NCBI RefSeq assembly: GCF_963921235.1
Contig: NC_086108.1
Span: 94,304,001 to 94,368,000, forward strand
Direction of reading: 5' to 3'
From: Mobula hypostoma
Lineage: Eukaryota
Length of the DNA stretch: 64,000 nt
Shown: piece by piece, positions 24,500-37,331 of the stretch
Layout: each line of letters opens with the position of its first letter
Position numbering within the stretch: the first letter of the stretch is position 1
The notes under the pieces: generated by a model
Database searches by the model: none
The model's input: the letters and a program-made list of their open reading frames with translations, nothing else
What the model was told of the DNA's origin: nothing
Made by a program: the position numbers and the translations under genes

Positions 24500-27400
24500 T
24501 ACATAGAAAGTAGTAATAGTCATACTTCATTGATCCCGGGGGAAATTGGTTTTCATTACAGTTGCACCATAAATAATTAAATAGTAATAAAACCATAAAT
24601 AGTAGATAACGCCAGGAAATAAGTCCAGGACCTGCCTATTGGCTCAGAGTGTCTAACCCTCCAAGGGAGGAGTTGGAGAGTTTGATGGCCACAGGCAGGA
24701 ATGACTTCCTAGGACACTCTGTGTTGCATCTCGGTGGAATGAGTCTCTGGCTGAATGTACTCCTGTGCCCAACCAGTACATTATGTAGTGGATGGGAGAC
24801 ATTGACCAAGATGGCATGCAACTTGGACAGCATCCTCTTTTCCGACACCACCGTCAGAGAGTCCAGTTCCATCCCCACAACATCACTGGCCTTACGAATG
24901 AGTTTGTTGATTCTGTTGGTGTCTGCTACCCTCAGCCTGCTTCCCCAGCACACAACAGCAAACATAAGACCATAAGACAAAGGAGCAGAAGTAGACCATT
25001 CGGCTCATCGAGTCTGCTCTGCCATTTTATCATGAGCTGATCCATTTTATCCTATTTAGTCCCACTGCCCCGCCTTCTCACCATAACCTATGATGCCCTG
25101 GCTACTCAGATCCCTATCAATCTCTGCCTTAAAGACACCCAATGACTTGGCCTCCACTGCTGCCCGTGGCAACAAATTCCATAGATTCTCCACCCTCTGA
25201 CTAAAAAAATTTTTTCGCATTTCTGTTCTGAAAGGGCGCCCTTCAATCCTGAAGTCATGCCCTCTCATACTAGACTCCCCCATCATGGGAAACAACTTTG
25301 CCACATCCACTCTGTCCATGCCTTTTAACATTCGAAATGTTTCTATGAGGTCTCCCCTCATTCTTCTAAACTCCAAGGAACACAGTCCAAGAGCGGACAA
25401 ACCTTCCTCATATGTTAACCCTCTCATTCCCGGAATCATTCTAGTGAATCTTCTCTGTACCCTCTCTAACGTCAGCACATCCTTTCTTAAATAAGGAGAC
25501 CAAAACTGCCCACAGTACTCCAAGTGAGGTCTCACCAGCGCCTTATAGAGCCCTCAACATCACATCCCTGCTCCTATACTCCATTCCTCTAGAAATGAAT
25601 GCCAACATTGCATTCGCCTTCTTCACTACCGACTCAACCTGGAGGTCAACTTTAAGGGAATCCTGTACGAGGACTCCCAAGTCCCGTTGCATCTCAGAAC
25701 TTTGAATTCTTCCCCCATTTAAATAATAGTCTGCCCATTTATTTCTTCTGCCAAAGTGCATAACCATACACTTTCCAACATTGTACTTCATTTGCCACTT
25801 CTCTGCCCATTCTTCCAATCTATCCAAGTCTCTCTGCAGACTCTCCGTTTCCTCAGCACTACCGGCCCCTCCACCTATCTTCGTATCGTCAGCAAACTTA
25901 GCCACAAAGCCATCTATTCCATAATCCAAATCGTTGATGTACAATGTAAAAAGAAGCGGCCCCAACGCTGATCCCTGTGGAACACCACTGGTAACCGGCA
26001 GCCAACCAGAATAGGATCCCTTTATTCCCACTCTCTGTTTCCTGTCAATCAACCAATGCTCTATCCACGTATGTAACTTTCCTGTAATTTCATGGGCTCT
26101 TATCTTGTTAAGCAGCCCCATGTGTGGCACCTTGTCAAAGGCCTTCTGAAAATCCAAATATACAACATCCACTGCATCTTCCTTGTCTAGCCTACTGGTA
26201 ATTTCCTCAAAAAATTGTAATAGGTTTGTCAGGCAGGATTTTCCTTTAAGGAATCCATGCTGAGTTCTGCCTATCTTGTCATATGCCTCCAGGTACTCTG
26301 TAACCTCATCCTTGACAATCGACTCCAACAACTTCCCAACCACCGATGTCAAGCTAACAGGTCTATAATTTCCTTTTTGCTTCCTTGCCCCCTTCTTAAA
26401 TAGTGGAGTGACATTTGTAATCTTCCAGTCTTCCGGAACCATGCCAGAATCTATCGACTTTTGAAAGATCATCGCTAATGCCTCCGCAATCTCCACAGCT
26501 ACTTCCTTCAGAACACGAGGGTGCATTCCATCTGGTCCAGGAGATTTATCGACCTTTAGCCTATTCAGCTTCCTGAGTACTTTCTCTGTCGTAATTGTGA
26601 CTGCGCACACTTCTCTTCCCTGCCACCCTTGAGTGTCCGGTATACTGCTGTCTTCCTCAGTGAAGACTGATGCAAAATACTTGTTCAGTTCCTTTGCCAT
26701 CTCCTTCTCTCCCATTACAATTTCTCCAGTATCATTTTCTATCGGTCCTATATCTACTCTCACCTGTCTTACTCTTTATATACTTGAAAAAGCTTTTAGT
26801 ATCCTCTTTGATATTATTTGCTAGTTTCCTTTCATAGTTAATCTTTTCTCTCTTAATGACCTTCTTGGTTTCCTTTTGTAAGGTTTTAAAGACTTCCCAA
26901 TCCTCTGTCTTCCCACTAATTTTTGCTTCCTTGTATGCCCTCTCCTTTGCTTTAACTTTGGCTTTGACTTCTCTTGTCAACCACGGTTGCATCCTTTTTC
27001 CATTCGAAAATTTCTTCTTTTTTGGAATATACCTGTCTTGCACATTCCTCATTTCTCGCATAAACTCCAGCCACTGCTGCTCTGCTGTCTTTCCCACCAG
27101 TGTCTCTTTCCAGTCAACTTTGGCCAGTTCCTCTCTCATGCCACTGTAGTTTCCTGTACTCCACTGAAACACCGACACATCAGATTTCGGTTTCTCTTTT
27201 TCTAATTTCACAGTGAACTCAATCATGTTATGATCACTGCCTCCTCAGGGTTCCTTCACCTCAATCTCTCCAATCACCTCCGGTTCATTACACAATACCC
27301 AATCCAGTACAGCCGATCCCCTAGTGGGCTCAACAACAAGCTGTTCTAAAAAGCCATCTCGCAGACATTCTACAAGTTCTCTCTCTTGAGATCCAGTGCC

Positions 27401-27871
27401 AACCTGATTTTTCCAATCGACTCGCATGTTAAAATCCCCCACAATTATCATAACACTGCCCTTCTGACAAGCCTTTTCCATTTCCAGTTGTAATTTGTAG
27501 TCCACATCCCTGCAGCTGTTTGGAGGCCTATAAATAACTGCCATCAGGGTCCTTTTACCCCTGCTATTCCTTAGCTCAACCCATAAAGATTCTGCACCTT
27601 CCGATCCTATATCACCTCTTTCTAATGATTTAATATCATTTCTTACCAATAAAGCCACGCCTCCCCCTCTGCCTACCTTCTTATCCTTCCGATACACCGT
27701 GTATCCTTGGACGTTCAGCTCTCAGAGACATGCGTCCTTTAGCCAGGTCTCAGTGATGGCCACAATATCATACCTGCCAATCTGTAGCTGTACAACAAGA
27801 TCATCCACCTTATTTCTTATGCAGGATTTCTTAACATGATCGCACTGGCCACTACAGACTCATAGAACATC
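24500..27871 (-). mobile_element. Rex/Babar 3' fragment split by CR1 (parts 24500-24965 and 27833-27871)
   Basis: MFYESVVASAI|MFAVVCWGS..RINKLIRKAS reads continuously across the CR1 insertion. Confidence 0.85.
24966..27832 (-). mobile_element. Relatively young CR1 ORF2 copy (406-aa open RT stretch)
   Basis: ORFs 27245-27697, 26732-27226, 25543-26763 and 25056-25535; YLDFQKAFDKVPH, GVPQGS, FADDTK; TSD AACAT (24961-24965 / 27833-27837). Confidence 0.96.
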
Positions 27872-29349
27872 CAATGTTGGAGCACAATGCATAATCTCAA
27901 AAAAGAGAGATATTGCAAGGGCAAGAATCCCACATGACAGTAAACCGAGCAGAAGGACAACCATTGAGATCACCACTTTCCTGGGAGTAAAAACAAGGTG
28001 TATCCCTAGAGGAAAGCATCAGACACCCGCTAGCAATAGAAACGCTAGGTTGTCCTTGACCAAATGTCTGCAGCAAGATTTATATCACTTCGGAAATGTT
28101 AATGATGTAAACAAAATAAGTTACAGAGCAAGGAGGATCATAGTGAACAGAAAGGCAGATTTGTGGGTCCAACCAGGTTGCCTACTCCTGCTCCTATACA
28201 AAAGAGTGGAAATAATCTGAGCCTGATAACTTAAGTTCTATGACTGCAGACAGAAGATCACTGAGTTTAAAAACTGCAAAACTGTCATCCACAATTATAC
28301 AACAATGAATCATTTGGCAGAGTGATAGATGAAAACCATAATACGTGCAGTCCTAGAAAGATAAGGCATGAAGATAAAGCTGAGGATAGGGAATCATATT
28401 GGGTTCCCAGCAGATATTCAATTTGGGAAAAAAAGGGTACGTAACTGTGCATGTCTGAACTGGAGGACCAAGAAACCTTTGCACAATAGTTAGTACATTG
28501 CTGCATTTGAAATGTCTTTCCAAGAATTGTATATTCATCTGTATTGATTCAACCTATGTTGATTTTAGTTATGAAGTATGCCTATGATAATTGTCATCTT
28601 TCCCCATTTTGACAGGTAAATACCCTTTCAATTAAACAACTCCATTTCACAGAGTTTTAATCTATTTTAAGAGCTCTTTCAAGCATTGCCCTGGAATATC
28701 AGATTAGACAGGCCAGTGGCCCAGGATCAAATCCCATTCTGTTGTACGGTTATGAACGGGAAACAGAACTGAAGCAGCAGTTCAAGAATCCCTTAAGTGA
28801 ACTGAATTTGAACAGCTGGAGTTCTCATTAATGGCTGCTATTTTTCTTGGAAAGTGCAAAACTAACAGGAGTAAAATGGGATGAGACTGATACTCATTCC
28901 TTTTATTGAGCCATGTATACTGCCACGTAGTTAATATATTGCGACACTCAACTATAACCCAACAACAGTCAGCAGCTTTGTATCGGAGAAAAAACATTGA
29001 CGATAAAAATAAGACTATTTAAGTAATGTTTTTGAATATAAATACTCTAATTTTCAAAACCATCAGAGAATATGGTCCCAGAGTTTGAAGAACAAAGTAA
29101 TAAAATGATGATAAGTACAAACCATGCTAAAAATATTATTTTTCACCATTTTTTATTCTACTGTTCATCTGCTTTAAAATAGCAAGTGAGTTTTGCTTGG
29201 CACTCCTTGCACAGTCACTGAAGAAACACACAAACTCTGAATGTTATCCGCCCAGCACTTTTTTTTTTAAAGTGTATATGTATTTAAATGGAACTGTACT
29301 GCACTTGAATGTAAATCACACCTTAAACCTTTTTTCAGTCATGACCTAC

Positions 29350-29403
29350 CTGGGTTCTTCATCTTTACTGGAACGTTTTGGTCCATATTTCTTAACAAGG
29401 TTT
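29350..29403 (-). CDS. FNBP1L: FNBP1L exon 3 (54 nt): (R)NLVKKYGPKRSSKDEEP(R)
   Basis: Near-identical to human FNBP1L NLVKKYCPKRSSKDEEPR; taCAG acceptor, GTAGGT donor; phase 2 to 2. Confidence 0.96.
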
Positions 29404-29517
29404 CTGTACACAAAAAATACATTATTATTATTATGTGCTTCACTTCCTCCAGAACACTTGAAAGTGAGTAGGTGACAAATCCTTTATTTACATGGCAGCT
29501 AGATAAGATTTACAAAT

Positions 29518-32500
29518 CGAAGCAAGAGGCCGAGAGAGAAGGAGTAAGGAATCTCAGAGAGAAGACTTTTTTTTTACACTGCTCGGGGAAAAGAGGTTAG
29601 ACTGCGCAGGCGCGTGACGTAGAGGAACATAGGTTTAAAAAAAGACCACCATATACAGTGGGCAGCGTAGTGAGAGGGAGCAGAGTGGGACGGCTTTGGC
29701 TCAACAGGCTTAGGTGTGAACAGGCACAGGCACAGGCAAGGGTAGGTTCCGATAAGTTTTGTTTTGTTTGATTAGAGTAGAGAGAGTGCCAGACAGGATG
29801 TTAGAATGCTCCTCTTGCAGGATGCGGGAAGTCAGGGAGACCTCCGATGTCCCTGACAATGACACCTGCAAGAAGTGCATCCAGCTGCAGCTCCTAACAA
29901 ACTGCATTAGGGAACTGGAGCAGGAGCTGGATGACCTCCGGCTCATTCGGGAGAATGAGTTTATAGATAGTAGCTTCAGGGAGGTAGTTATGCCAAAGGA
30001 GCAGCGCACAGGTAATTGGGTTACCATCAGGCGAGGGAAGGGGAAAGGGCAGGTACAGCAGGGTTCCCCTGTGGCCATTCCCCTCAACAACAAGTATACC
30101 GATTTGGATACTGTTGGGGGGGATGACTTACCTGGGACAAGCTGCAGCAGCCGGATCTCTGGCACTGAGTCTGGTTCTGCAGTGCAGAAGGGACGGTGGA
30201 AGAAGAAGAGAGCAGTAGTGATAGGGGACTCGATAGTTAGAGGTAGAGACAGGAGGTTCTGTGGTTGTGACAGAGACTCCCGGATGGTTTGTTGCCTCCC
30301 AGGTGCCAGGGTCAAGGATGTCTCTGATCACGTGCACAGCATTCTGAAGTGGGAGGGTGATCAGCCAGACGTCGTGGTGCACATCAGTACCAATGACATA
30401 GGAAAAAAGAGTGAGGAGGTCCTGAAGAGTAAGTATAGAGAGCTTGGTAGGAAGTTAAAAAGCAGGACCTCGAAGGTGGTAATCTCAGAATTGCTACCCG
30501 TGCCACGTGCCAGTGAGGGTAAGAATAGGATGCTATGGCAGATGAACACAAGGCTGGGGAACTGGTGTAGGGGGCAGGGTTTCAGATTTCAGGATCATTG
30601 GGACCTCTTCTGGGGCAGGTGGGACCTGCGCAAGAGAAACGGGTTACACCTGAACTACAAGGGGACCAATATCCTTGCAGAGAGGTTCGTTAGTGCTTTT
30701 GGGGAGGGTTTAAACTGGATTTGCAGGGGGATGGGAACCAGAGTGCCAGAGCAGATAGTGGGGTGGGGGTGAAAATAAATGATGTTAAAAGTTCATGCAA
30801 AGTCACAAATAGAAGGGTCGTGTGTGGTGGTAATAATCTTCTGAGGTGTGTCTATTTCAATGCAAGTAGTATTGTGGGGAAGGTTGACGAGCTGAGGGCA
30901 TGGATTGACAGATGGAATTACGACATTATAGCCATTAGTGAAACTTGGCTGCAGGAGGGGCAGGACTGGCAGCTTAATGTTCCAGTGTTCCGACGTTTCA
31001 GACATGATAGAGGCAGAGGAATGAAGGGAAAATGTTACAGCAATGTTCAGGCAGGACAGATTAGAGGGCTTGTCTACCAAGGCCATATGGTTGGAGCTGA
31101 GAAACAGGAAAGGTATGACTACATTAATGGGCTTGTATTATAGACCACCAAATAGTCAGCGAGAATTGGAGGAGCAAATCTGCAGAGAGATAGCAGACAA
31201 CTGCAGGAAACATAAAGTTGTGATAGTAGGGGATTTTAATTTTCCACATATTGATTGGGCTTCCCATACTGTTAAAGGTCTAGACGGGTTAGAGTTTGTA
31301 AAATGTGTTCAGGAAAGTTTTCTAAATCAATATATAGAGGTACCAACTAGGGAGGATGCAATATTAGATCTCCTATTAGGAAACCAGTTAGGACAGGTGA
31401 TGGAAGTGTGTGTAGGAAAAACACTTTGGTTCCAGTGATCATAACACCATTAGTTTCAACTTGATCATGTATAAAGATAGATCTGGTCCTCAGGTTGAGG
31501 TTCTAAACTGGAAAAAGGCCAAATTTGAAGAAATGAGAAAGGATCTAAAAAGCGTGGATTGGGACAGGTTGTTCTCTGGCAAGGATGTGATTGGTAAGTG
31601 GGAGGCCTTCAAAGGAGAAATTTTGAAAGTGCAGGGTTTGTATGTTCATGTCAGGATTAAAGGCAAAGTGAATAAGAATAAGGAACCTTGGTTCTCAAGG
31701 GGTATTGGAACTCTGATAAAGAGGAGAGAGATGTATGACATGTACAGGAAACAGGGAGAAAATAAGGTGCTTGAGGAGTATAAAAAGTGCAAAAAAAAAT
31801 ACTTAAAGAAATCAGGAGGGCTAAAAGAAGGCATGAGGTTGCTTTGGCAGTCAAGGTGAAGGATAATCCAAAGAGCTTCTACAGGTATATTAAGAGCAAA
31901 AGGATAGTAAGAGATAAAATTGGTCCTCTTGAAGATCAGAGTGGTCGGCTATGTATGGAACCAAAAGAAATGGGGGAGATCTTAAATGGGTTTTTTGCAC
32001 CTGTATTTACTAAGGAAATTGGCATGGAGTCATTGGAAATAAGGCAAACAAGTAGTGAGGTCATGGAACCTATACAGATTGAGGAGGAGGAGGTGCTTGC
32101 TATCTTGAGGTAAATCAGAGTAGATAAATCCTCAGGACCTGACAGGGTATTCCCTCAGACCTTGAAGGAGACTAGTGTTGAAATTGCAGGGGCCCTGACA
32201 GATATATTTAAAATGTCAGTATCTACGGGTGAGGTGCCAGGGGATTGGAGGATAGCTCATGTTATTTCGTTATTAAAAAAGGTTCTAAAAGTAATCCGGG
32301 AAATTATAGGCCAGTAAGTTTAACGTCGGTAGTAGGTAAATTATTGGAAGGAGTACTGACAGATAGGATCTACAAGTATTTGAGTAGACAGGGGCTTATT
32401 AGGGAGAGTCAACATGGCTTTGTGCATGGTAGATCATGTTTAACCAATCTATTAAGAGTTTTTTGAGGAGGTTATCAGGAAAGTGGATGAAGGGAAGGCA

Positions 32501-33701
32501 GTGGATGTTGTCTACCTGGACTTCAGTAAGGTCTTTGACAAGGTCCTGCATGGGAGGTTAGTTAGTTAGATTCAGTCGCTAGGTATACATGGAGAGGTAC
32601 TAAACTGGATTAGGCATTGGCTCAGTGGAAGAAGCCAGAGAGTGGTAGTGGAGGATTGCTTCTCTGAGTGGAGGCCTGTGACTAGTGGTGTGCCACAGGG
32701 ATCAGTGCTGGCTCCATTGTTATTTGTCATCTATATCAGTGATCTGGATGATAATGTGGTAAATTGGATCAGCAAATTTGCTAATGATACAAGGATTGGA
32801 GGTTTAGTGGACAGTGAGGAAGGTTTTCAAAGCTTGCAGAGGGATTTGGACCAGCTGGAAAATGGGCTGAAAAATGGTAGATGGAGTTTAATATAGACAA
32901 CTGTAAGGCATTGCACTTTGGAAGGACAAACCAAGGTAGAACATACAAGGTAAATGGTAGGGCACTGAGTGCAGAAGAACAGAGGGATCTGGGAATACAG
33001 ATACAAAATTCCCTAAAAGTGGCATCACAGTTAGATAGGGTCGTAAAGAGAGCTTTTGGTACATTGGCCTTTATAAATCAAAGTATTGAATATAAGAGTT
33101 GGAACATTATGGTGAGGTTGTATAAGGCGAGGTTATACAAGGCATTGGTGAAGCCGAATTTGGAGTATTATGTACAGTTTTGGTCACCAAATTACAGGAA
33201 GGATATTAATAAGGTTGAAAGAGTGCAGAGAAGGTTTACAAGGATGTTGCCGGGACTTGAGAAACTGAGTTACAGAGAAAGGTTGAGTAGGTTAGGACTT
33301 TATTCCCAGGAGCATAGAAGAACGAAGGAAGATTTGATAGAGGTATAAAAAATTAGGAAGGGTATAGATAGAGTGAATGCAAGCAGGCTTTTTCCACGGA
33401 GGCCAGGGGAGAGAAAAAAACAGAGGACATGGGTTAAGGGTGAAGGGGGAAAAGTTTAAAGGGAACATTGGGGGAGGCTTCTTCACACAGAGAGTGGTGG
33501 AAGTGTGGAATGAGCTGCCAGATGAAGTGGTAAATGCGGGCTCACTTTTAACATTTAAGAAAAACTTGGACAGGTACATGGATGAGAGGTGTATGGAGGG
33601 ATATGGTCCAGGAGCAGGTCAGTGGGACTAGGCAGAAAAAATGGTTCAGCACATCCAAGGGCCAAAAGGCCTGTTTCTATGCTATAATGCTCTATGGTTC
33701 T
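29518..33701 (+). mobile_element. Near full-length CR1 LINE (5'UTR, ORF1, disrupted ORF2, 3' tail)
   Basis: ORF1 followed by APE (YFNASSI, ISETWL, GDFN) and RT (NYRPVSLTS, GVPQGS); tail TCTATGGTTCT; possible AAAT TSD. Confidence 0.95.
29759..30772 (+). CDS. CR1 ORF1 protein: zinc finger + coiled coil + SGNH/GDSL esterase-like domain (first ATG 29798)
   Basis: CSSC..CKKC, IRELEQELDDL, VVIGDSIVR (block I), HISTNDI (block III), NGLHLN (block V); open for 337 codons. Confidence 0.88.
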   Translation: MFCLIRVERVPDRMLECSSCRMREVRETSDVPDNDTCKKCIQLQLLTNCIRELEQELDDLRLIRENEFIDSSFREVVMPKEQRTGNWVTIRRGKGKGQVQQGSPVAIPLNNKYTDLDTVGGDDLPGTSCSSRISGTESGSAVQKGRWKKKRAVVIGDSIVRGRDRRFCGCDRDSRMVCCLPGARVKDVSDHVHSILKWEGDQPDVVVHISTNDIGKKSEEVLKSKYRELGRKLKSRTSKVVISELLPVPRASEGKNRMLWQMNTRLGNWCRGQGFRFQDHWDLFWGRWDLRKRNGLHLNYKGTNILAERFVSAFGEGLNWICRGMGTRVPEQIVGWG

Positions 33702-35631
33702 AAATAGGTCACACAATATTTTACTTGCAATCTAATCTTCAGATAATTTTAGTATTTGTATTTGACAACTAAGACTCATCTCCAGTACTCATAGTGATAG
33801 TGTAGCATTTATAATGTCCAACATCACAGTGCACTGCAAATCTCAGGTTCTCTCATTAAGACCATTGCATATGTGTATTTATGTTCATAACTGTGTAAAG
33901 ATTAGCTCTTGGTACCAAAGCACACTTTGCACAGGGGTTAAAATATTGTGTTCATCCATCAAATCAAAAACATATCTGTGGTATAATTGGTTAGAACTGA
34001 AAGAAAGTCAATAATAAAACCAATAGCATAATCCCCAAACTACTGAGATTTTAGGACTGAAAAAGAAACATGAAAAACACAAGATGGAGGAGAAAAAAAA
34101 CTAAAGTTAAAGGAAAAGGAGAAAATAGAACAAAGTAAGTGTTTAAAACATCCAAACGCCCCAAATGTGATTTTTTTTTTATTTAAAAAAGTTCATAAAA
34201 AGGATAAGATTGGCGGCTTAAATTGTTCAATTTCTGAGCAAGACTGGTAAGGCATTAAAAATTATCAGGTTATTGAAAGGAGACTTACACTCTTGATTAT
34301 TGTGAGCTTAATAAGATTTAACATACTATAGAAATTGATTAAAATTCCTAAAATTGATACAAAGGCAATGGGCTGTTTATATGAATTGCATTGATCAAAC
34401 AGTATGTTTGAGGATTGAAACTCACACTAAAATGCAATCTTTTGAATTATTAGCCAGGTTGTACATTCACGTATTACCAATGTCACTATTTTCAACCTTG
34501 ATGTGGCACATATCATTTTTTAATCCTACATTTCATAATTTTGATGTATTTGATCACTACAGAAATGTGATTAAAATAGTTAGCTATTAAATGGTTGATT
34601 GTTTGATCAATTCAACCATACATTTAGTTTGAATCTTCACGACTTGAATGAATGGCATGATTCTGCAGCATCTTTATCTTTCTCCCCAAAATTTATAATT
34701 CTTTTTGCACATTTGAATTCAAGTTCTGCACTAACAAAACAAGACCCAAATCAAATGCATAACTTTGTATTTAGTCACAAACTAATCTGTAACTAAGCAA
34801 CTGTCACTTTCTAGAACCAATGCAACTTTGGAAATCTCTATTTTCATTCTCTTCACTCCTCAAGCCACCACTGTTTAGCAAACTGCTAAGAAAGAAAAAA
34901 AATAAAGTCTCTAAATATTTTTTACATTGAACAAACATCTCTAACAATAATTACTAAGATCTAAAAAAGCTGTCTCTTCTCCATACCTTTATGCTTTGGG
35001 TTGATAATATAAATATCTGCATCTAGTTTTATAAATTAACAAATAGGACTATGTCAGATGACCACGCTTTAGCATAATGACCATTATATTTAAGAGATAG
35101 GCCCAGGTTTACTATTGTAGCTACAATGGGACTCCGATGGGTTGAATTATTTAGCAGATTGTTTATTATAATAGTGTTTGTGTTTAATCCTTGATAACGA
35201 ACATTTTTGCTCACTGAAGAGAAAGCACTCATTAAATGCCAAAGATGATCATTTAGAAAGGTTTTAACAGCTCAGCCATACAGGATCTTTGATCAAGTAT
35301 TATATGCCCAAGTGCAAAACAAAATTCACTCTTTTCATAGCCTTTCTATAGAGTTCAGATGCTTCATGAGAAGATTAAATGCTTCCATCCTCATAGTAGA
35401 TTCTTCATGAGAACGCTACACCACTTTCCAATCTCATCTTTTGCTTGATTGTTCCCCTCCCAATCACAATGAACATTGCCACCACAATACATCATCTTTA
35501 CCCACACTTCTGTCTTTATAAACCTAAAACAAAAAAAATTCATCTTCAAATCTCCCAAAATGTCTATAATCTTTCAGATGACTTCCAATCTTGGAACCTA
35601 TACATAATCTGCATCATTCCACCCAATATCA

Positions 35632-35899
35632 GCACAGAACAGGCCCTTCTGGCTCAACGAGCCACACAGCTCACCTATTTAATCTGGCCCAATCACAAGA
35701 CAATTAACAATGACCAATTAACCTACTACTAACTGGTAGGTCTTTGGACTGTGGGAGGAAACTAGAGCACCTGGAGGAAACACACGCACACATGAGGAGA
35801 TACAAACTTCTAACAGAGGATGCCAGAATTGAACTGCAAATTCCAACACCCTGAGATGTAATTGAGTCATGCAAATTGCTATGCTACTGTAGCACCCCA
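35632..35899 (-). mobile_element. V-SINE/HE1-like SINE
   Basis: V-domain-like GTTTCCTCCAGGTGCTCTAGTTTCCTCCCACAGTCCAAAGAC; decayed tRNA-like head. Confidence 0.75.
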
Positions 35900-36317
35900 T
35901 CCTTTTGTTGCAAGCATTTTTTCCAGGTAAAGATGAATATCTCTAGCCACTGTCTGATCAAAAGCAATTAGAAGGGCACAAGTACACCACTCATCTCAAG
36001 CCTACTCCACCATTTAACAAGATCATGACGGCTCTGATCGCAACATCAATCTCACATTTCAATCTCAGGGTTGCATAAGGTGACATGTATGTATTTTGAT
36101 AATAAATTTACTTTGAACTTGACAAGGCTCCTGAGGATCTCGTGTGTTTCAATCAAATCAGCACCAACTCTTCTGAATTCTAGCTAACCAATCTTTCTTC
36201 ACAAGAAAACCTGTTCATTATATGTCCAAAAAGCATTCTCTGAATTGCTTCAACATCTTAACATTCTTCCTCAAATAGTGAGACATTACTGCACACTGTA
36301 ATCTAGACACTCGGTGG

Positions 36318-37331
36318 TGAGGGGGGTACCACAGGGGTCGGTGCTGTTTACCATTTACATTGATGGTTTGGAAGAGGGGACTGAGTGTAGCGTAGCAAAA
36401 TTTGCTGATGACACTGAGTAGAAAAGCAAATTGTACAGAGGAGGTGGAGAGTCTGCAGAGGGATATAGATAGGTTAAGTGAGTGTGCCAAGGTCTGGCAG
36501 ATGGAATACAACGTTGGTAAATGCAAGATCATCCACTTTGGAAGGAATAATAGAAGCGCAGATTATTATTTAAATGGTGAAAGATTTCAGCATGCTGTTG
36601 TGCAGAGGGACTTGGGAGTGCTTGTTCATGAATCACAAAAAGTTGGCTTGCAGGTACAACAGGTTATTAAGAAGGCAAACGGAATGTTGGCCTTCATTGC
36701 TAGAGGGATTGAATTCAAGAGCAGGGAGGTCATGCTGCAACTATACAGGGTACTGGTGAGGCCGTACCTGGAGTACTGTGTGCAGTTCTGGTCTCCATAC
36801 TTGAGGAAGGATATACTGGCTTTGGAGGCAGTGCAGAGTAGGTTCACCAGGTTGATTCCTGGGATGAAGGGGTTAACCTACGAGGAGAGATTCAGTCACC
36901 TGGGACTATACTCTCTGAAATTCAGAAGAATGAGAGGGGATCTTATAGAAACATACAAAATTTTGAAAGGGGTAGACGAGATAGAAGTAGGAAAGTTGTT
37001 TCCATTGGTAGGTAAGCCTAGAACTAGGAGACATTGCCTCAAGATTCAGGACAGAAGATTTAGGACGGAGATGAGGAGAAACTGTTTTTCCCCAGAGAGT
37101 GGTGAATCTGTGGAATTCTCTGCCCAGGGAAGCAGTTGAGGCTTCTTCAGTAAATATATTTAAGATACAGTTAGATAGGTTTATACATAGTAAGGGAATT
37201 AAGGATTATGGGGAAAAGGCAGGTAGACGGAGCTGAGTTTAGGACAGATCAGCCATGATCTTATTGAATGGCAGGGCAGGCTCGATGGGCCAGATGGCCT
37301 ACTCCTGCTCTTATTCCTTATGTTCTTATGA
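36318..37331 (+). mobile_element. CR1 RT 3' portion
   Basis: ORF 36402-37139 WQMEYNVGKC..VRPYLEYCVQFWSP; tail CCTACTCCTGCTCTTATTCCTTATGTTCTTATG. Confidence 0.93.

Noticed and set aside
25543..26763. Active reverse transcriptase gene
   Set aside because: The copy is 5'-truncated, lacks ORF1 and ORF2 is split into four frames
33113..33142. 15-bp tandem duplication in CR1 (RLYKARLYKA)
   Set aside because: Local slippage in a dead copy; similar to the duplication at ~62413-62447 in Tx1
35632..35899. tRNA genes at SINE heads (also ~5300-5352)
   Set aside because: Only decayed A/B-box remnants followed by SINE body; no cloverleaf
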